Below are positions 1 through 9,476 of a stretch of 64,000 nt of DNA, piece after piece (the first letter of the stretch is position 1; the number at the start of each line of letters is the position of its first letter). The stretch comes from a phage. A model generated the notes under the pieces. It was not told the DNA's origin, made no database searches, and saw only the letters and a list, made by a program, of their open reading frames with translations. The translations under genes and the position numbers were made by a program. The stretch is taken from sequence record PQ478073.1; one strand, 5' to 3'.

Positions 1-35
1 ATGATATAGAAAAGATTTGGAAAACTATAGAATTC

Positions 36-218
36 ATGCACAAAAATATGTCATTCATATATAGAAATTATGATATATTCACTGATGTACGTCAATATCA
101 TAATAAACCTTATGTATTGAATGAAAAGTACTATAATCATATGGAAGTTTGTTCTAAACTCGTTGATGATTGGAATCTAGAGGGACATAATGAAATACAC
201 ACACCTAAGTATAGATGA
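36..218 (+). CDS. hypothetical protein
   Basis: ATG-initiated ORF at window edge; no recognisable motif. Confidence 0.3.
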   Translation: MHKNMSFIYRNYDIFTDVRQYHNKPYVLNEKYYNHMEVCSKLVDDWNLEGHNEIHTPKYR

Positions 219-714
219 TACTAATATCTGGTTAGATAACATAATCAAGACATTAGAATTAATTAAACTTACATTACAAAAAACTACTGATATTGAAATT
301 AATATTAAACAAGAAATATTAAACTATTATCATAGAAACAAATATAGCACTTTTATCTCTAAATTAATTTATGGATTATATGATATTGAAGATATTTGCA
401 TCGGTTACAGTACTGGTATTTGCTTCACTGTTAATGGTTTAAAAAATGATTTAAATTTCAGACTTTCCGATGAAGAGCAAGATTTTCGTAGATTTTGTGA
501 TAATATTATGGATACAGACAAAATTACATTTGTGATTGAATTAAATCAAACATGGTCTACATATGCAGATAAACCATTTGAAATTAATGAAACAGATGTG
601 TTAAACTATATTCGAGTTATGAAAATTCATGATTTGTGTAAAAACGCATTGTTAAGTATTGGAGCTTATAATGAAACATACGACTTGGTTGAAGATAGCA
701 GAAGTAGTTGCTGA
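190..714 (+). CDS. hypothetical protein
   Basis: ATG at 190 with GAGG-like RBS; no recognisable domain. Confidence 0.45.
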   Translation: MKYTHLSIDDTNIWLDNIIKTLELIKLTLQKTTDIEINIKQEILNYYHRNKYSTFISKLIYGLYDIEDICIGYSTGICFTVNGLKNDLNFRLSDEEQDFRRFCDNIMDTDKITFVIELNQTWSTYADKPFEINETDVLNYIRVMKIHDLCKNALLSIGAYNETYDLVEDSRSSC

Positions 715-1150
715 GGAAAGTAAATGTATTTCACAAAAAGTTGGTTGTGTTATTGTTAAAAATAATAGAGTATTGAGTACTGGATACAATGGAACGCCAT
801 CTAAGCAGCCAAACTGTTGTGATGTAAATCAACATTTAGTGAACGATGGTCGTTTTCAAGACTGGGTTGATGATGCAGCAAAACATGAACATCATGAGTG
901 GAGTAATATTCATGAGATCCATGCAGAGATGAACGCTTTACTGTATAGTTCTCCTACTGAACGCCAAGGAGCAACTCTTTACACAACTCTACAACCATGC
1001 TATACTTGTTCTAAGTTAATCGCAGGTAGTGGGATTACCCGTGTAATTTATCACAAAAGTTATCCACGAACACCACCTGAAGCGATTAAAGTACTGGAAG
1101 ATGCTGGGATTATTGTTAACTGCATTTATGACAAGGGTATGAATCAATGA
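671..1150 (+). CDS. cd: dCMP deaminase (cytidine/deoxycytidylate deaminase zinc-binding family)
   Basis: HAEMNAL and PCYTCSKLI zinc-binding motifs; ORF-track start is TTG at 659, ATG at 671 has GGAG RBS. Confidence 0.8.
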   Translation: MKHTTWLKIAEVVAEESKCISQKVGCVIVKNNRVLSTGYNGTPSKQPNCCDVNQHLVNDGRFQDWVDDAAKHEHHEWSNIHEIHAEMNALLYSSPTERQGATLYTTLQPCYTCSKLIAGSGITRVIYHKSYPRTPPEAIKVLEDAGIIVNCIYDKGMNQ

Positions 1151-1401
1151 CATTTATGATTGTTGGATTACTATCAATATTAGTATTATTTTTTATAACA
1201 GTAATGTTTGTTATTGATGATAATGACATTTCTCAACGAAACTATGAAGTGCGTTTTTCTGCACAAAATAATAAGTACTATATTGTAAACTGTATACACC
1301 GTAGTGAGAAAAGGGTAACAAGTAGATTTGGATTTACCATTTATTATAAAGACCGAGTAGAAGCTGACATGATTTGTCAGAAGCTTAATACTGTAGAATA
1401 A
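1147..1401 (+). CDS. small membrane protein
   Basis: N-terminal hydrophobic helix; ATGA overlap with upstream stop. Confidence 0.45.
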   Translation: MTFMIVGLLSILVLFFITVMFVIDDNDISQRNYEVRFSAQNNKYYIVNCIHRSEKRVTSRFGFTIYYKDRVEADMICQKLNTVE

Positions 1402-1428
1402 AAAAAGGAGCCAGAAGGCTCCTTTTTT
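1401..1428. terminator. bidirectional intrinsic terminator between convergent genes
   Basis: A-run, GGAGCC/GGCTCC stem with AGAA loop, T-run. Confidence 0.6.
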
Positions 1429-1429
1429 G

Positions 1430-1807
1430 TTAACCAGGGATGTTACAATAATACAAATCCCAAGGGTGATATTTCATTTCTCCAGTACTCAATTTAATTT
1501 TATGAAACTGGAATGATTCGGCAAATGCACTATCATCAATCTTAATACAAAAAGTATTTTTTGCTAAAGTTGGTGCAATCTCTAGTGCAGTTTTAGTTGC
1601 ATCTAATCTGATTTTATCTTTATCAAAACTTGTTATAGTTACAAAACGATAAACATTAAAATCAGTGTCGATAAGATCGTAAACACAACTAGAACGTTGA
1701 TTAAAGATGTTCAAGTTATATTTCAATTCACCGTTTATATTAGCGGCGGTTACACAAAAGCCGCCGATATTGAATGGTAATTTACCTTGTGCTGCTATAG
1801 CTTTCAT
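1430..1807 (-). CDS. hypothetical protein (lone minus-strand gene)
   Basis: 125-aa ORF; AAGAGGA RBS upstream on minus strand; convergent terminator at its 3' end. Confidence 0.5.
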   Translation of the reverse strand: MKAIAAQGKLPFNIGGFCVTAANINGELKYNLNIFNQRSSCVYDLIDTDFNVYRFVTITSFDKDKIRLDATKTALEIAPTLAKNTFCIKIDDSAFAESFQFHKIKLSTGEMKYHPWDLYYCNIPG

Positions 1808-1959
1808 ATTTTATTTCCTCTTATTAATAAACAACTACTTTTACAGATTGTTGTACCTTTTATATTTACACCGTCAACTAAATATCCACCTAAAGTGAAT
1901 GGAAATTGGTCTTGTCCTGCGATTGGTTCCCCCATTAAGGGCACTCCTTATAAAAAAGC

Positions 1960-1989
1960 TTTACATTTGGTATGGGTTTGTGATAGAAT
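1960..1989 (+). promoter_or_regulatory. putative sigma70-type promoter (TTTACA N18 TGaTAGAAT)
   Basis: -35/-10-like hexamers upstream of 2117 gene. Confidence 0.3.
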
Positions 1990-2116
1990 CTTCACAGTGA
2001 TTGTACTAAGGGGATTATCAGATGAGGGAAATTTGAGTTAAGTACAGAAAAAGTTTGACTTAAGTGTTTAAGTACTATATTATTTATATCTTCCTAACCA
2101 AAATTAAGGATTTGTT

Positions 2117-2725
2117 ATGAAAAGACTATGGCTTGAGGTAGTACAAGCAGTAATGCTTCTGATGTTGATAAATTTTCCAGCCAGTGCTGGTGTTGAAAGT
2201 AAAAATGTGATAAAGTACAATCCTGAAACACGTAATGTATATTTCATCTCAGATATTACGGATGGGTCACTAAAGCGTATGATGGAGTTGTATGATAAAG
2301 AACACTATGATACCATTACCATCACATCGCCAGGTGGTGATTTTGATGCTGGGATTAAAATGGCAAACTTCGTTAGAGACAATGGTATAAATTTAATTGT
2401 TTCTAGGTATTGCAACTCAGCATGTACTGTGGTATTCTTCAGTGTAGCTTTTGAAAAGCGATACATGATAAATCGCTCAGTACTGGGACTTCATAACATT
2501 TCTATTAAAAGTAATGTTAAAGACGGTGATAATTCTTTTGTATCAGTTAGGCAGCTATCAACTTTTACTGAAGAAATGGCAACTAAAGTAGGTTTTCTAT
2601 TTACACTATATTCTGCAAATGGAATTCCACCAGACGTTCTATATAAAGTTAGCCGTTCGCGTGGTGAAGATGTTGTAATATTAACAAAACCAGAACTGGT
2701 TTTTTACGGTTCAGTCAAACAATAA
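2117..2725 (+). CDS. secreted ClpP/SppA-like (S14/S49) serine peptidase-like protein
   Basis: N-terminal signal peptide; TITSPGGDFDAG and NSAC motifs resembling the ClpP family SPGG and catalytic Ser regions. Confidence 0.45.
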   Translation: MKRLWLEVVQAVMLLMLINFPASAGVESKNVIKYNPETRNVYFISDITDGSLKRMMELYDKEHYDTITITSPGGDFDAGIKMANFVRDNGINLIVSRYCNSACTVVFFSVAFEKRYMINRSVLGLHNISIKSNVKDGDNSFVSVRQLSTFTEEMATKVGFLFTLYSANGIPPDVLYKVSRSRGEDVVILTKPELVFYGSVKQ

Positions 2726-2795
2726 AAATAATTAAAATAACAGGATGATTATGATGTACTTCCTTTGTTATTAATTATATTGAGATTATATAACT

Positions 2796-3056
2796 ATGAC
2801 AAACATCCAAAATTTGACATCTATTATTTTTTATGCTACAGTAGTGATGTATATTACTGTACTTTTCCTAACAGTTTTCATTTACAAAGATTACAAAAAT
2901 GGCTTTATTGATAACACAACAATGAAGTTCAATTCAAAGTTTGAAGCAATAATTTATTATGTTCTGGCAACATCATATTTGGTGTGTCTAATGTTATTAG
3001 GTACATTGATTTATATTTTATATACAACTTTATTTGCAATTGGAGCTATTTTATGA
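2796..3056 (+). CDS. small membrane protein (2 predicted TM helices)
   Basis: hydrophobic segments; stop overlaps next start (ATGA). Confidence 0.4.
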   Translation: MTNIQNLTSIIFYATVVMYITVLFLTVFIYKDYKNGFIDNTTMKFNSKFEAIIYYVLATSYLVCLMLLGTLIYILYTTLFAIGAIL

Positions 3057-3649
3057 CATGTATCATTGCACACACTGATGGTGTAACTTCTTTTATTGCA
3101 GGGGACAAACTGGGAAGTAACGGGTTCACAAAGTCCGTTCAAACTGAGCCTAAAGTATTTGAGAAAGAATTCATTAAAATCAATGATGATGCTGGTTTGA
3201 CCCGTACAAAAGAAATTATGGCGATTGGTTACACCACATCATTCCGTATGGGTCAACTTCTTACTTACAGTTTGAATCTACCACAGCAAGATGCAAATGA
3301 GACGTTTCCACAGTACTTAGTACTGAAAGTTATTCCTATTATTCGTCAAATGTTCAAAGAGGAATGGGGTTCTCGTGATCCTTCACAAGAAGTAGGTGGT
3401 GGACAGTTCATCATTCTTCACAATCATACAATTTATGAAGTTCAAGAAGATTTTTCAGTTCTTCAACCGAAAACACGAATCACCGCCGTAGGTAGCGGAA
3501 CATATCATGCTATTGCAGCAATGCAAGCATATATTGAAGTTGAAAATGAATCAAAAGTGCCACTACATGAACGCATCAAATCAATTTTTAAAATTGTCAG
3601 TGATAATGTAACTAGTGTAAGTGCCGAGTTTGATGTTTTAAAGTATTAA
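3053..3649 (+). CDS. Ntn-hydrolase, proteasome/HslV-like peptidase
   Basis: Met-Thr N-terminus (MTCIIAHTDG) and AVGSGTYHAIAAMQAY resembling HslV IAIGSGGPYAQAAARA; start re-placed at in-frame ATG 3053. Confidence 0.55.
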   Translation: MTCIIAHTDGVTSFIAGDKLGSNGFTKSVQTEPKVFEKEFIKINDDAGLTRTKEIMAIGYTTSFRMGQLLTYSLNLPQQDANETFPQYLVLKVIPIIRQMFKEEWGSRDPSQEVGGGQFIILHNHTIYEVQEDFSVLQPKTRITAVGSGTYHAIAAMQAYIEVENESKVPLHERIKSIFKIVSDNVTSVSAEFDVLKY

Positions 3650-3667
3650 AATTATAAGAGAGAATAG

Positions 3668-3862
3668 ATGATGGCATACACAATTTATGAATGGGTTTTG
3701 AGTTTTTTTATAGTTTTTTCTATTGTTGTAATTTATAACAATGCTAAATGCTTATACAGGGACTTGAAATCCAATGGTTATCACAAAGATAATAATTTTA
3801 TGTATGCCTATCATATTGGAATAATTCTGTTATTATCAATATATTTAATTGGTTTTTCATAA
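3668..3862 (+). CDS. small membrane protein
   Basis: two hydrophobic helices. Confidence 0.4.
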   Translation: MMAYTIYEWVLSFFIVFSIVVIYNNAKCLYRDLKSNGYHKDNNFMYAYHIGIILLLSIYLIGFS

Positions 3863-3871
3863 GGATTGAAT

Positions 3872-4624
3872 ATGATATCAGAAAAATTTATAAGTAATGA
3901 AGGTAAAAAAAGATTACTGATTATATCTGGTGCAGGACTTTCTGTTGAAAGTGGTATGGAACCTTTTCGATTTGATGATGGTTTGTGGGATACATTTAAA
4001 ATCAATGATGTATGTAACATTGCTAGTTTAACTACGAAATATCACGTTGTTCATTCCTTCTATAATACATTACGTGTAAAATTGGGACAATGCGAACCCA
4101 ATGCAATGCATTATTTTATAAAATCGTTAGAAGATCAATATGGTGATTGCTTCCTTCATATGACTTCTAACATGGATGATCTTTATACTCGTATCGGTGG
4201 TCATGAGCTTAAACTTCATGGAAACTTGTGCGAAGTTATTGAAAATTATAGTATCAATTCCGATGATTATAATGTTATTAACTGCGGATACGAACCATAC
4301 ATACCAAAACATGATGTTTTTGCTAAACCAAATGTAGTAATGATTGGAGAATATCATCGTTATGTTGATGGTATTCGCTTACCAATTTACGAAGAACGAA
4401 ATAATGTGTTGAAATCTCTTAATGAAAATGATACAGTTATTGTAATTGGTAGTAGCGATACAGTACTAGTATGGTCGAGATTAGCAGCAGCATTACCATG
4501 TTATAGTGTTAATGTTAACATTCGTAAAAATGATAATGATTTTTTGTTTAATGAAAAAGTTATCAAGCCAGCAACCAAAGCAATACCACATCTAGAGACT
4601 ATAATTAAGGAACGTATGAAATGA
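3872..4624 (+). CDS. Sir2 (sirtuin) family NAD-dependent protein
   Basis: ISGAGLSVESGMEPFR, TSNMDDL, LKLHGNL (catalytic His), PNVVMIGE motifs; ATG 3872 with AAGGA RBS. Confidence 0.8.
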   Translation: MISEKFISNEGKKRLLIISGAGLSVESGMEPFRFDDGLWDTFKINDVCNIASLTTKYHVVHSFYNTLRVKLGQCEPNAMHYFIKSLEDQYGDCFLHMTSNMDDLYTRIGGHELKLHGNLCEVIENYSINSDDYNVINCGYEPYIPKHDVFAKPNVVMIGEYHRYVDGIRLPIYEERNNVLKSLNENDTVIVIGSSDTVLVWSRLAAALPCYSVNVNIRKNDNDFLFNEKVIKPATKAIPHLETIIKERMK

Positions 4625-5172
4625 GTGTTAAAGAAGTTCCCTTTGGTGAATATGGCTCACGTGCAAATTTTGTATTTTGTTATTTCTTTGCAAGAAAATG
4701 TAACCCTTACAAAAACTATGAGTTGAATGATATACCAGAAGTAAATTTAGTTTTACTACAATTACGATGGGATGGTCTTCTTGGTGGATGTGGTGGAACC
4801 GTAGAAAGTACTGATATCTCACTAGAAGATGCGTTGCGTCGTGAAGTTCAAGAAGAAATGGATTACAATATTTTTGTTTCCCATCTTCGACCACTCAAAA
4901 CTTTTGAAATTTACCCAGGTGCAAACAGTCATAGTTTTAGCTATGAAGTAAGCTATGACGAGTTGAAACACATTAGAGATGGATACACTAATGCTAAACA
5001 TGCGAGTGCTGAAGTTGCTGGTGTAAATTTATGTCATATTTCTCGTTATTCTAAGGGACAAAATCGAGAAGCGGGATATAATAATCTTATGACACAGAAC
5101 TTCATTGGTACAGCAAAACAAGAATTGGAGTATCTGGTTCAAAAAGAAAACTTACTAATTAGTTATCTATAG
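4621..5172 (+). CDS. Nudix-like hydrolase
   Basis: approximate Nudix box GGTVE...LRREVQEEM; ATGA coupling to Sir2 gene. Confidence 0.5.
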   Translation: MSVKEVPFGEYGSRANFVFCYFFARKCNPYKNYELNDIPEVNLVLLQLRWDGLLGGCGGTVESTDISLEDALRREVQEEMDYNIFVSHLRPLKTFEIYPGANSHSFSYEVSYDELKHIRDGYTNAKHASAEVAGVNLCHISRYSKGQNREAGYNNLMTQNFIGTAKQELEYLVQKENLLISYL

Positions 5173-5181
5173 GAGTTTAAC

Positions 5182-5502
5182 ATGTCTTACGCAATGTTTT
5201 TGGATGATATTCGTGATGCAAATCTATATTATCCAAACCAAGATATGGTGGTATGTCGTGACTTTAAAAGTGCATGTGAATATGTTATTGAAAATGGAAT
5301 TCCAGCATTTGTATCATTCGACCATGACTTGGGTGATGTGAGCGAAGACGAAAAGACTGGATATTCTTTTGCTAAGTTTCTTATTGATTATATGTTTGAT
5401 AATAATATTAAAGAACCGTTTGAGTACTTTGTTCACAGTAGTAATCCTGTTGGTAAAATTAATATTGAAACATACTTAAACAATGGATTTAACGCATTAT
5501 GA
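5182..5502 (+). CDS. small receiver-like (REC-like) domain protein, function unknown
   Basis: MFLDDIRD ... SFDHDLG acidic-pocket-like motifs; AGGAG RBS. Confidence 0.4.
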   Translation: MSYAMFLDDIRDANLYYPNQDMVVCRDFKSACEYVIENGIPAFVSFDHDLGDVSEDEKTGYSFAKFLIDYMFDNNIKEPFEYFVHSSNPVGKINIETYLNNGFNAL

Positions 5503-5801
5503 TTCAAACACACATCAAAAGTCTTATTTGTACTGTTCTGTTAGGTGCAGGAGTTCTTTGGTTCGGACAGTATCACGAGAACACTAAGCGTACCAACATT
5601 CACTACAATACCGCAGAAGTTGTTAGTTTAGGACAATGTAGCGAGTCCAAATGTTCATTCATGTATAAAACCCAAAGTGGTGAAGTACGTAATGGACTAT
5701 CAAGAGAACCAGTTTCAATTGGTCAACTTGTTTACCAGGAGTGCTGGGAAGAAAAGGTTCGAGGTTCACGTTGCTATGTTGAATACGAACCAAATATGTA
5801 A
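5499..5801 (+). CDS. hypothetical protein with N-terminal signal/TM segment
   Basis: ATGA-coupled ORF, hydrophobic N-terminus. Confidence 0.45.
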   Translation: MIQTHIKSLICTVLLGAGVLWFGQYHENTKRTNIHYNTAEVVSLGQCSESKCSFMYKTQSGEVRNGLSREPVSIGQLVYQECWEEKVRGSRCYVEYEPNM

Positions 5802-5861
5802 TAATCCGAGTCAATAACATTAGTCGAGTACAAGGATGTACTCATAACTCAAGGATGTTTT

Positions 5862-7301
5862 ATGAAAAAATATACAATTGACACAAACGTACTACTATCT
5901 GACCCTAATGCATCTATTGCTTTTGATGGTGCTGCAATCATTCTACCATTTACAGTACTGGAAGAATTAGATTCGATTAAGAGTCGTAATGTAGATGTTT
6001 CACGCGATGCTCGTGTTGCTATTCGTAACATTGAAGCAATTATTGCAGATGCATCACATGACGAGATTAGTAGTACTGGTGTTAATATTGCTGATGTTCA
6101 TACCAATATGAATCCTGATAGCAAATTGTTTGTTATTACAAACGAAGAAGCTGAGGCACTAATTCGTACTAAAGGTACAGAAGAGAAAGTTCAAACCCTT
6201 CTCAAAAGTACTGTACCTGATGATAAAATCATTCTGGTAGCTTTAGCAACAGAATCAGTACTGGTAACTCGTGATATCAACATGCGTATCAAAGCACTAA
6301 GTTATGGTGTCGAGGTACAAGATTATCGCCATGATATTGTTATTGGTGATAGTGATTTGATTCACATTGGTCAACACCATCTGGAAATCAATTTTTGGGA
6401 AGTATACAGCAACTTAACCAATACTAATATTCAATCCGAACAAGTTGGTCGTCGTTTGTATCATTACATTTCTAAAAGCTTGATTGAACATCTGCTTCCA
6501 CAAAATCTATGCATCGGTGATTATCTATATGATGATGCTGACGTATTATTTGTGTACGAAGGACAATCAGCAATTGAGGAAGATGATGGAACACTAACAC
6601 CAGAAGATATTTTGGTATTCCAAGACATTGGACAATCAGTGGCTTTACGTGCTAAAGTATGGGATATTAAAGCAAAGAATATCCAACAAGCACTCGCCAT
6701 CAACAGTATTCTCGATCCTGATGTACATCTAACAGTACTACTAGGTTCTGCTGGTACTGGTAAAACACTAATTACAATTGCTACTGCATTAGAATTAGTA
6801 CTGGAAAAACGTAAATACGACCGAATCATCTTCTCTAAAACTCAAGACTCACAGTTTGAAGATATTGGTTTCTTGCCAGGTTCAGAAGCAGAAAAAGTGA
6901 TTCCATTCTGTGGAGCCGCGATTGATGCGTTAGAGTTTCTTCATAAAGATGATGCAAACCCACAAGGTAGTATTGAAGAGATTATGAAACGTAATGTTAT
7001 TCAATTTAAAGCACTAAACTTTGTACGTGGACGTTCATTCACCAACACTATTCTAGTAGTTGATGAATTCCAAAACATTACACCTGCACAAGCAAAAACC
7101 ATCTTGACACGAGCAGGGTTAAACTGTAAAGTAGTAATTATGGGTAACTTGAGTCAGATTGACAGTAAGTTTATTAGTCCTGTTAACAGTGGTTTGACAT
7201 ATGTAACTGAGAAGTTTAAAGACTGGGCAGGTTGTCGTGTCATCGAACTAGAAGGTGTTGTTCGTTCACCACTGGCTGAATTTGCTGAAGAAAATATGTA
7301 A
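5862..7301 (+). CDS. phoH: PhoH-like ATPase with N-terminal PIN domain
   Basis: PIN-like N-terminus (IDTNVLL), Walker A GSAGTGKT, Walker B LVVDEFQN. Confidence 0.85.
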   Translation: MKKYTIDTNVLLSDPNASIAFDGAAIILPFTVLEELDSIKSRNVDVSRDARVAIRNIEAIIADASHDEISSTGVNIADVHTNMNPDSKLFVITNEEAEALIRTKGTEEKVQTLLKSTVPDDKIILVALATESVLVTRDINMRIKALSYGVEVQDYRHDIVIGDSDLIHIGQHHLEINFWEVYSNLTNTNIQSEQVGRRLYHYISKSLIEHLLPQNLCIGDYLYDDADVLFVYEGQSAIEEDDGTLTPEDILVFQDIGQSVALRAKVWDIKAKNIQQALAINSILDPDVHLTVLLGSAGTGKTLITIATALELVLEKRKYDRIIFSKTQDSQFEDIGFLPGSEAEKVIPFCGAAIDALEFLHKDDANPQGSIEEIMKRNVIQFKALNFVRGRSFTNTILVVDEFQNITPAQAKTILTRAGLNCKVVIMGNLSQIDSKFISPVNSGLTYVTEKFKDWAGCRVIELEGVVRSPLAEFAEENM

Positions 7302-7309
7302 TATTGTAT

Positions 7310-7338
7310 GGGACATTATGTCCCATACATGATATAAT
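7310..7338 (+). promoter_or_regulatory. early-type sigma70 promoter (GGGACA N17 TGaTATAAT) overlapped by 11-bp perfect inverted repeat (7305-7329)
   Basis: consensus hexamers; palindrome TGTATGGGACA tta TGTCCCATACA. Confidence 0.6.
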
Positions 7339-7369
7339 GTTGTTATCATAATACAGAAGGAGATATAAA

Positions 7370-7558
7370 ATGGCTAAACAACCTAAGAAACAAGAACCAG
7401 TAGCAAAAGTTAAGAAAGAGAAAGTTATTCAATCCAAAGAACAACGTATGTACGAACAACGTAAGAGTGAAACCCTATCCGGTCTACAAGCTCTACGCAA
7501 GCAAGGTGTACTAACTCGTGCACAGTACCGTGAACTAGTAGCTCAGAAAGGTTTTTGA
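7370..7558 (+). CDS. small basic protein
   Basis: AAGGAG RBS, K/R-rich 62 aa. Confidence 0.5.
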   Translation: MAKQPKKQEPVAKVKKEKVIQSKEQRMYEQRKSETLSGLQALRKQGVLTRAQYRELVAQKGF

Positions 7559-7662
7559 TTCATTTGAAGCAATATTGTGGAGTTCTTAATAAATACTTTT
7601 ATAAGAATAATAATACTTTTTATTAAATTAAAAAGAACTCCATGTGTTATTTCAGTTTTTCG

Positions 7663-7688
7663 TCCCTGTCTTTTGGCAGGGATTTTTT
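7663..7688 (+). terminator. intrinsic terminator
   Basis: 8-bp stem, TTTT loop, T6 run. Confidence 0.6.
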
Positions 7689-7784
7689 ATATCTATATCT
7701 TGACAAAAGGAACAAATCATGAGAACATGTATTAAAGGAAGAATGACTTTCCATTAGGTTATTTTAACTTAAAGGAGATTTCAT

Positions 7785-8342
7785 ATGTTTTTTGACCAAA
7801 CATTTACGTTGTATCACGATTCTGGTAAAGTTGAGATTATTGATAATCTGTTAGAGTACATTGCGGAACATGACGGTATAGACCGTTTCCACAGTAAGAT
7901 GAAATTCGATTTAGCTGAATTCAACAAAAAGAATCGTGAAACATTTTGGAAGAACCGTTTCTATTACGAAATGTTTCCAGAAAAGTTTGTGGGTTATTAT
8001 CTTTGTACTGAAAAAGGATTACTTGTATCTCCTGATTTACTTATGGGTGAATACATGATACTCTATAATGAGTACTGGGAACATAAACGTAAAGCTCGTG
8101 ATACGGAATGGCGACATAAGCGTTCGTATATGTACAAACATAACCACTCCCGATACAAGCGTCCTAAGACTCAACAAGAGCGTCGTATGGCTTGTGCAGT
8201 ACTGAAGGATGAGGGGGAACCTGATATACGTGGAAGACGTAAGATGCGTTCATTACCATCGTATTGGGACGATATCAGAACAAGACATAGTACTGGCTGG
8301 AAATACAGTACAAAACGTAAACATCAATACAAAGGGAGCTAA
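7785..8342 (+). CDS. hypothetical protein (basic C-terminus)
   Basis: AAAGGAG RBS; no known motif. Confidence 0.5.
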   Translation: MFFDQTFTLYHDSGKVEIIDNLLEYIAEHDGIDRFHSKMKFDLAEFNKKNRETFWKNRFYYEMFPEKFVGYYLCTEKGLLVSPDLLMGEYMILYNEYWEHKRKARDTEWRHKRSYMYKHNHSRYKRPKTQQERRMACAVLKDEGEPDIRGRRKMRSLPSYWDDIRTRHSTGWKYSTKRKHQYKGS

Positions 8343-8369
8343 TGCTCCCTAATTTTATAGGTGAACTTT

Positions 8370-8699
8370 ATGAACAAAATTGACGTTACTGTAGTGATTG
8401 GTTATATTGAAATTGAACCGTGTGGCATTGATACCTTTATTGACACTCTTAATAAGTATCGTGCTGAATATAACGGTCACATTAGTCTTTCACCAGACAG
8501 TGGTTACGGCGGTTTTCATGGATACAATGTAATTTGGACCAGAGAAGAAACTGACGAAGAATATAATACACGAATTGAAGCTGAATCTAAAAGATGTGAA
8601 GAAATTGAACGTCAAGAAATGAAACACTTAATGAACAAGAAATCATTAAGTACCGAAGAGAAATCTAAACTGCTAAAATACATCAAGGATTACATGTAA
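8370..8699 (+). CDS. hypothetical protein
   Basis: ATG 8370 with AGGTGA RBS. Confidence 0.45.
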   Translation: MNKIDVTVVIGYIEIEPCGIDTFIDTLNKYRAEYNGHISLSPDSGYGGFHGYNVIWTREETDEEYNTRIEAESKRCEEIERQEMKHLMNKKSLSTEEKSKLLKYIKDYM

Positions 8700-9349
8700 T
8701 GAAAAATGTAACTCAAGAAAAGATTCTGTACCTTGCAAAGTACAATGGTGGTTTCAATATCATTAGCCGTGAGTACAGTGGTAATTTGGCTAAGTTGATT
8801 GACAGTTTGTTAGAATTTGATTTCATTAAATGGGAAACTAATGAACTTTGGTACGAATATGCTGGTCAGAAATGGGAAAGTGATTATGATAATGCAATAC
8901 ATTCATACACTATCACCAAAGCAGGTGAAGTTCGATTAGCCATTATGCGTTGTGCATATACTTACAAAAATCATAAAGGTGAAGAAAAACATATTCGCAG
9001 AAATGAAGAGCTATTACTTCTCATGGAAGCAGCAAAAGTTACAATGCATGATTTGTTCCACCACCCACGTTGGTATGAAAATCTAACAAAAGCAGAGTAC
9101 AAAGCTTTACGTTACATTGATGAACAAAACAATACCCCAGTTGTAGTTGATGATGTTTGTGATGGTGAACTAACCATCAAAAACGTATTTGAAAGCACCA
9201 GTACAGAAAGTATTACAGACATTTCTGTACAGATGGCCCTAAAAGCAATGGAACTTTTCAAGACACAATATGAAGGACACAGTGCTGAAGAAGTAGAGCG
9301 TGAGTTCATCACACGCGTACAGATTGCATTGTTCCAATCGAAAAAGTAG
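8699..9349 (+). CDS. hypothetical protein
   Basis: TAATG overlap coupling. Confidence 0.5.
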   Translation: MKNVTQEKILYLAKYNGGFNIISREYSGNLAKLIDSLLEFDFIKWETNELWYEYAGQKWESDYDNAIHSYTITKAGEVRLAIMRCAYTYKNHKGEEKHIRRNEELLLLMEAAKVTMHDLFHHPRWYENLTKAEYKALRYIDEQNNTPVVVDDVCDGELTIKNVFESTSTESITDISVQMALKAMELFKTQYEGHSAEEVEREFITRVQIALFQSKK

Positions 9350-9447
9350 GATGATATGAAATATGAACATCCGTGATGGGTTATCATATAAAGAAGCAGG
9401 TAAAGATGGTGTCAAAGGTGAAGCTGTAGATCTTTGCATTTGTGCAC

Positions 9448-9476
9448 TTGACATGTTCGCTTTGTAATGCGATAAT
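9448..9476 (+). promoter_or_regulatory. sigma70-type promoter (TTGACA N17 GATAAT)
   Basis: consensus -35 and near-consensus -10 upstream of 9567 gene. Confidence 0.5.

Noticed and set aside
1707-2041. Plus-strand ORFs 1707-1898 and 1787-2041
   Set aside because: They overlap the minus-strand gene and the divergent promoter region, are low-complexity and lack an RBS.
6521-6829. Minus-strand ORF inside the phoH gene
   Set aside because: Fully embedded antisense to a well-supported gene and low-complexity; typical spurious antisense ORF. The same applies to 4127-4357, 9112-9454, 11607-11882, 12390-12843, 26695-27025, 28961-29149, 53151-53603, 55510-56066, 56605-56850, 57957-58142, 58289-58695, 59950-60186 and 61254-61502.
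7700-7728. TTGACA at 7700 as a promoter
   Set aside because: No acceptable -10 hexamer at 16-18 bp spacing.
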